Part shown: positions 60,144 through 64,000 of the stretch, piece after piece
Position numbering within the stretch: the first letter of the stretch is position 1
Layout: the number at the start of each line of letters is the position of its first letter
The notes under the pieces: generated by a model
Told to the model about the DNA's origin: nothing
The model's input: the letters and a program-made list of their open reading frames with translations, nothing else
Databases searched by the model: none
Translations under genes and position numbers: made by a program
Assembly: GCA_043228905.1 (NCBI GenBank)
Contig: JBHGNT010000002.1
Location: 5,022,001-5,086,000, forward strand
Reading direction: 5' to 3'
Length of the DNA stretch: 64,000 nucleotides
DNA from: Azolla caroliniana
Taxonomy: Eukaryota; Plantae; Polypodiophyta

Positions 60144-62576
60144 AAAGGTTCCTTCAATGGTCATTGATAAAAACTCACAAAGCATCTTAGACCATATTTG
60201 ACCAAAATACCATAGAGCTTACAAATTGTTCTTTGTTTATGTTGACCTTTGTTTGGTGCTTCCTAACCACATATGTGCATATACAAATCTTCTCCATCTC
60301 TAGTTTGTGTACCCCATTCAAAGTGGACATAGTTCGATAGTATTTAATGGTGAGTCATTGAACATTGCTTTTCCTCTTGCTTTGGATGTATCTTTTGACA
60401 CTCTAAGTGCTTCAGTCTTGGTTGTATACTTGTGGTCAAATTAAAGTTTTATGAACATAGAAATTGAACTTTCTTACATGCAAAAAAGTCAAGTCCTTAC
60501 CAACTTTGTTATGCGTCTTCAAATTCAAAGTGTGCCCAAGTTATCTATCTTTTTATGTCATCTTGTGGGACCAAAATATTACCACTATATGCCAATAATT
60601 TCAAAGCGAAAACTCGCGCATTTTCTAACACAGGGCCACTCAAGCTTGAATAGACATTGGCTCCTCAAGAAATAATTCTATTAGGCTTTGATTTGTCGAT
60701 TTATAAAGTTGACATGAGTAATGCATATATACTTTTTTCATACATAACATTTTCCAAGATGGGGTGTTGGAAATTAAAACGTGTCACATATAGATGATGC
60801 ATAATTAGAAATTCAACAATGAGTAAGAGAAATCTAAGCCATAAGTGAGGGATGATAATCGGTCCTAGCATTAGAAATTGTTTGATTCAAAGCGAGTAGA
60901 AACTCATGTGGTCATGCTTGTAGAGCCTATTTTTTAAGTACACCCATGAGGGAAAATTAAGACAATGTGCTTAGAGACTAATGTAATCAATTCTAAGTGC
61001 ATGTATCCCTTGATTGATCGAGCATTGTTTTGTAATCAACGTAATCCATGCCCATCAAGATTCTCTAACAAACTCATTGACATGGAGAAAGTGGTGGTGA
61101 CAAGGACAGATTTGAAGACATAAGAAAGCCTTGTAAGAATTTCATTCTCTCACTCTAGAAAACATGAATATAACTTTTTGTCGTTAAGTTTGTGATTTCA
61201 AACTATCTAAAAAGTGATTTAAATGCCTTAACTAGAGGCGCAAATCTTTTGTCACTCCAAATATCATTGCTTGTGCGTATTTTGTCCATCTTCACATGTA
61301 TTTGAAATCTTGATGGATTTTTATTATTTTAATATCTCCAATATGTTGTAGTAGTCGAAACCCCACCTTAACAACTCCCCCAAGTATTTAGTTTTTCTTC
61401 CTGTGTAAATCAAATATTTTATTAGTTAAGTTTCAGCATGCATGCAATAATGGTCTCTCCATTTTAACCACAATCTAGCACATAAAAAAGTTTGTTTGCA
61501 CCTTTTTATGGCATCTCGTGATTTGAACATAATTTGGTTACATTAAATACCCAAGGTTTTGAGAGTCTCTTTCTCTATCTCCATCAAAGTGGTTTTGAGA
61601 TGCTTTCAAAAATGGTTGTCAATTCAAGGCTCTAACATTTTGATGCCAGTTTGTCGTCATAGTTGTTTATAATGGAGTGGCAAACGGAGGTGAAGAACAT
61701 TGATTGGTAATAAGTAAACAAATCAAAGAAAGGCAAAAAGAAACCAATGGTGCATGATACTTATTTCGCGATCTACATTGAAATAAAGCAAAGGCGAGAT
61801 TTTGTTAATGAGGGAAGTCTAGAGAGCATCCTCTTTAGAGTCACAACCATCATACTTCTCGCTTTAACTTTGGGTCTATCATCCTTTTCAATATAATTAA
61901 TCAGTTTAACTACCATCACATGCTTGATTTTGCAACTTCATTCAAAACTTTTTGTTAGAATAAATATTTTGAAACTTTTCAGTTGAATGCAAGGTGGGGG
62001 GTTTTTCTTCATGTGAAATGAACTTGGATTAAATAATAGTAGGGGTATTGTCAATCGATTTTAGAAGAGTTAAGCGCAATATGGCAAAGTAAAGAAGATG
62101 GGTATTCCAGTAATTGGTGAATAAGTTAATTAAGGGGAAGAGCAAGGGGGGGGGGGGGGGTTGATTGTCTCATTTTTGTCATCCTTAAATATTGATTCGT
62201 TAATGTACACAATTTTTATTCGACGTGTGGGATCTTGAAGTTGCAATGAGAAAATTTGAAAAATTAGGAGCACATAAGCTATTTTCTTCGTAAAATTAAT
62301 TATAGTTTATGTTTCATTACAACATGTTGCATAGAAGAAATCTGAGTATATACAAAATACTGAACAAATATTGAATGATCACATTTTTACATCGAATATA
62401 ACGAGTCATTACTTCGCACAAATGATGTTTTACTTAGTTTAATAAACTTACCTGAAATTTGGGTGTTATGCCTACATTATTGATATTTAATTCTAAAAAT
62501 TTAAGCACAGTCAATTAAGTATTCTTCACACTACATTTCCGTAGTCCTAGAGAAGGTGATACAACACATTGTGCTT

Positions 62577-63225
62577 CGTGGGAACCTTAGCTCTCCTAAT
62601 TGTGTAGAGTGCCCACATGCAATAGAATCAATACGACATGCTCTATGGCACTGGGACTGCCCAACGTCCCATCGAATATGGCGGGGGGTTGGCCGCTTGT
62701 TGCAATTATGCCAAGTGCAAGGCTCAATCAAATGGGGAAATATATGTTGGCTATCATGGCAGACCGTAGTTGGCAGATACGAGCATCAAGAGGAGGGGAT
62801 GACTTTAGTGATAAAAGCACAAGAGGTCTTTTTCTCCTCCAGCGGCAATGTCCACTCCACTCCTCTTAATGACAAATCTCAAGAGGTGTTGGAATTGGTC
62901 AGCCCAATAACTCTTTGGATTCTATGGAAACAACGGTGTATACGAGTCTTCTCCAACCAAATCACGCATCCAACAAGGTTACTGCAAGAGATATGGAGTG
63001 AAATTGTAGCCACTCTAAAGAGCCAATATGATGGCCTCAAGGGCAGCTCCGATTGAGTTGAAAGACAACGAATAGCCTTCATCCAACAATGGTCGTCCTC
63101 TCCCTTTCTTGAGTCAGTGGGCATCCACATAAGATGGAACTATCACGTCCCTATAGGGATTTGTACATAATCGTCTCATTTGTAAAATTTTATAACTAAT
63201 GGGAGGAGTTTTTTTTGGAAAAAAA
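62577..63225 (+). mobile_element. 5'-truncated L1-clade LINE (zf-RVT C-terminal region plus poly(A))
   Basis: CVECPHAIESIRHALWHWDCP...IW and ITLWILWKQRCIRVF. 14-bp TSD aacacattgtgctt at 62563-62576 and 63226-63239. Confidence 0.9.
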
Positions 63226-63345
63226 AACACATTGTGCTTTGCATTATGCACAATGTGTGTCTATTGTTATCAACTTGGGTTCCATTTAGCTTTCTTCGCT
63301 ATCAAATCTAATAGTTGATGTCTTGAAGGGTGTTTTATTACATCT

Positions 63346-63348
<3 letters not shown>

Positions 63349-63377
<29 letters not shown>
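63349..63377 (+). repeat. (TC)n microsatellite
   Basis: About 14 TC units. Confidence 0.9.
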
Positions 63378-63378
<1 letters not shown>

Positions 63379-64000
63379 GGTTTTCTGTGTTTATTAAAAT
63401 GAAATCTATCTATTATGTGGTACCCTAATGATATGTTGTTTTTTTATTCGCTTACGTAGCAAGTATTCAAGTCTCACTAATTCCACTCATTTACAATATG
63501 ATGTTGTGGAGTGGAAGGGCTAAATATATGTCCCATATGTGCTTACCACAAGGTTACAACCCCAATGAGAGAAAGACAATCATATTTATATTTGGGAACA
63601 ATGTGCAAAGAAATTTCTTATCTTCATCTTCCATAGAGAGATAGAGATGATGGTGGTGATGATACTCGAAGGAGAAAACATGACCTATGATACCAAAGGG
63701 AAATATTTCACATGGTATGTGTAGACCCTATCAGTGACAATATGGAAGAACTTTAGTCATGAACATTGCAATAGAGTACAGGTTGGGCATGTGAAGGAAA
63801 TGTGTGCAAGGACCAATCCAATTGACAATTTGGGGAAAGCAAACATGAATGTGATTGAACATTGTAGTATAGTGTTACAACTTACTCATGCGACGACCTT
63901 GTTTAGAGGGAATATGCATCATTTATGAGTTTCCTTGCATATGCCCCCAACATCAAATCTTATATCAAACAAAATTTGAACAAAGTCATATGGAAGCAAT

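Overview
This is a land-plant genomic window, most likely from a bryophyte or other non-seed plant. That call rests on a VQ-motif gene plus Phygy-like and Tcn1-like Ty3 elements. Bases 1-50,600 are a nested transposon cluster. It holds a LINE remnant, two full-length Tork/Tnt1-like Ty1/copia elements with TSDs, several tRNA-Trp-primed Phygy-like Ty3 elements (autonomous remnants and a gag-only derivative), a Tat/Athila-like Ty3 element with a ~975-codon extra ORF, and a shattered Tcn1-like chromovirus. The standout is a complete 7.6-kb TIR DNA transposon at 36014-43614, with 37-bp TIRs and a 4-bp TGTG TSD. It carries two divergent genes. One is a Sola1/DUF7869-like DDD transposase with a BAH/Tudor-like tail. 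The other is a four-intron gene encoding a ParB-like domain fused to a prokaryote-type beta-class N6-adenine/N4-cytosine DNA methyltransferase. A palindromic repeat cluster lies between them, and both genes are lightly damaged in this copy. The AT-rich last 13 kb holds one host gene (VQ protein, 55015-55941) and two 5'-truncated L1 insertions with TSDs. All family assignments come from motif recognition by eye; no database searches were run.
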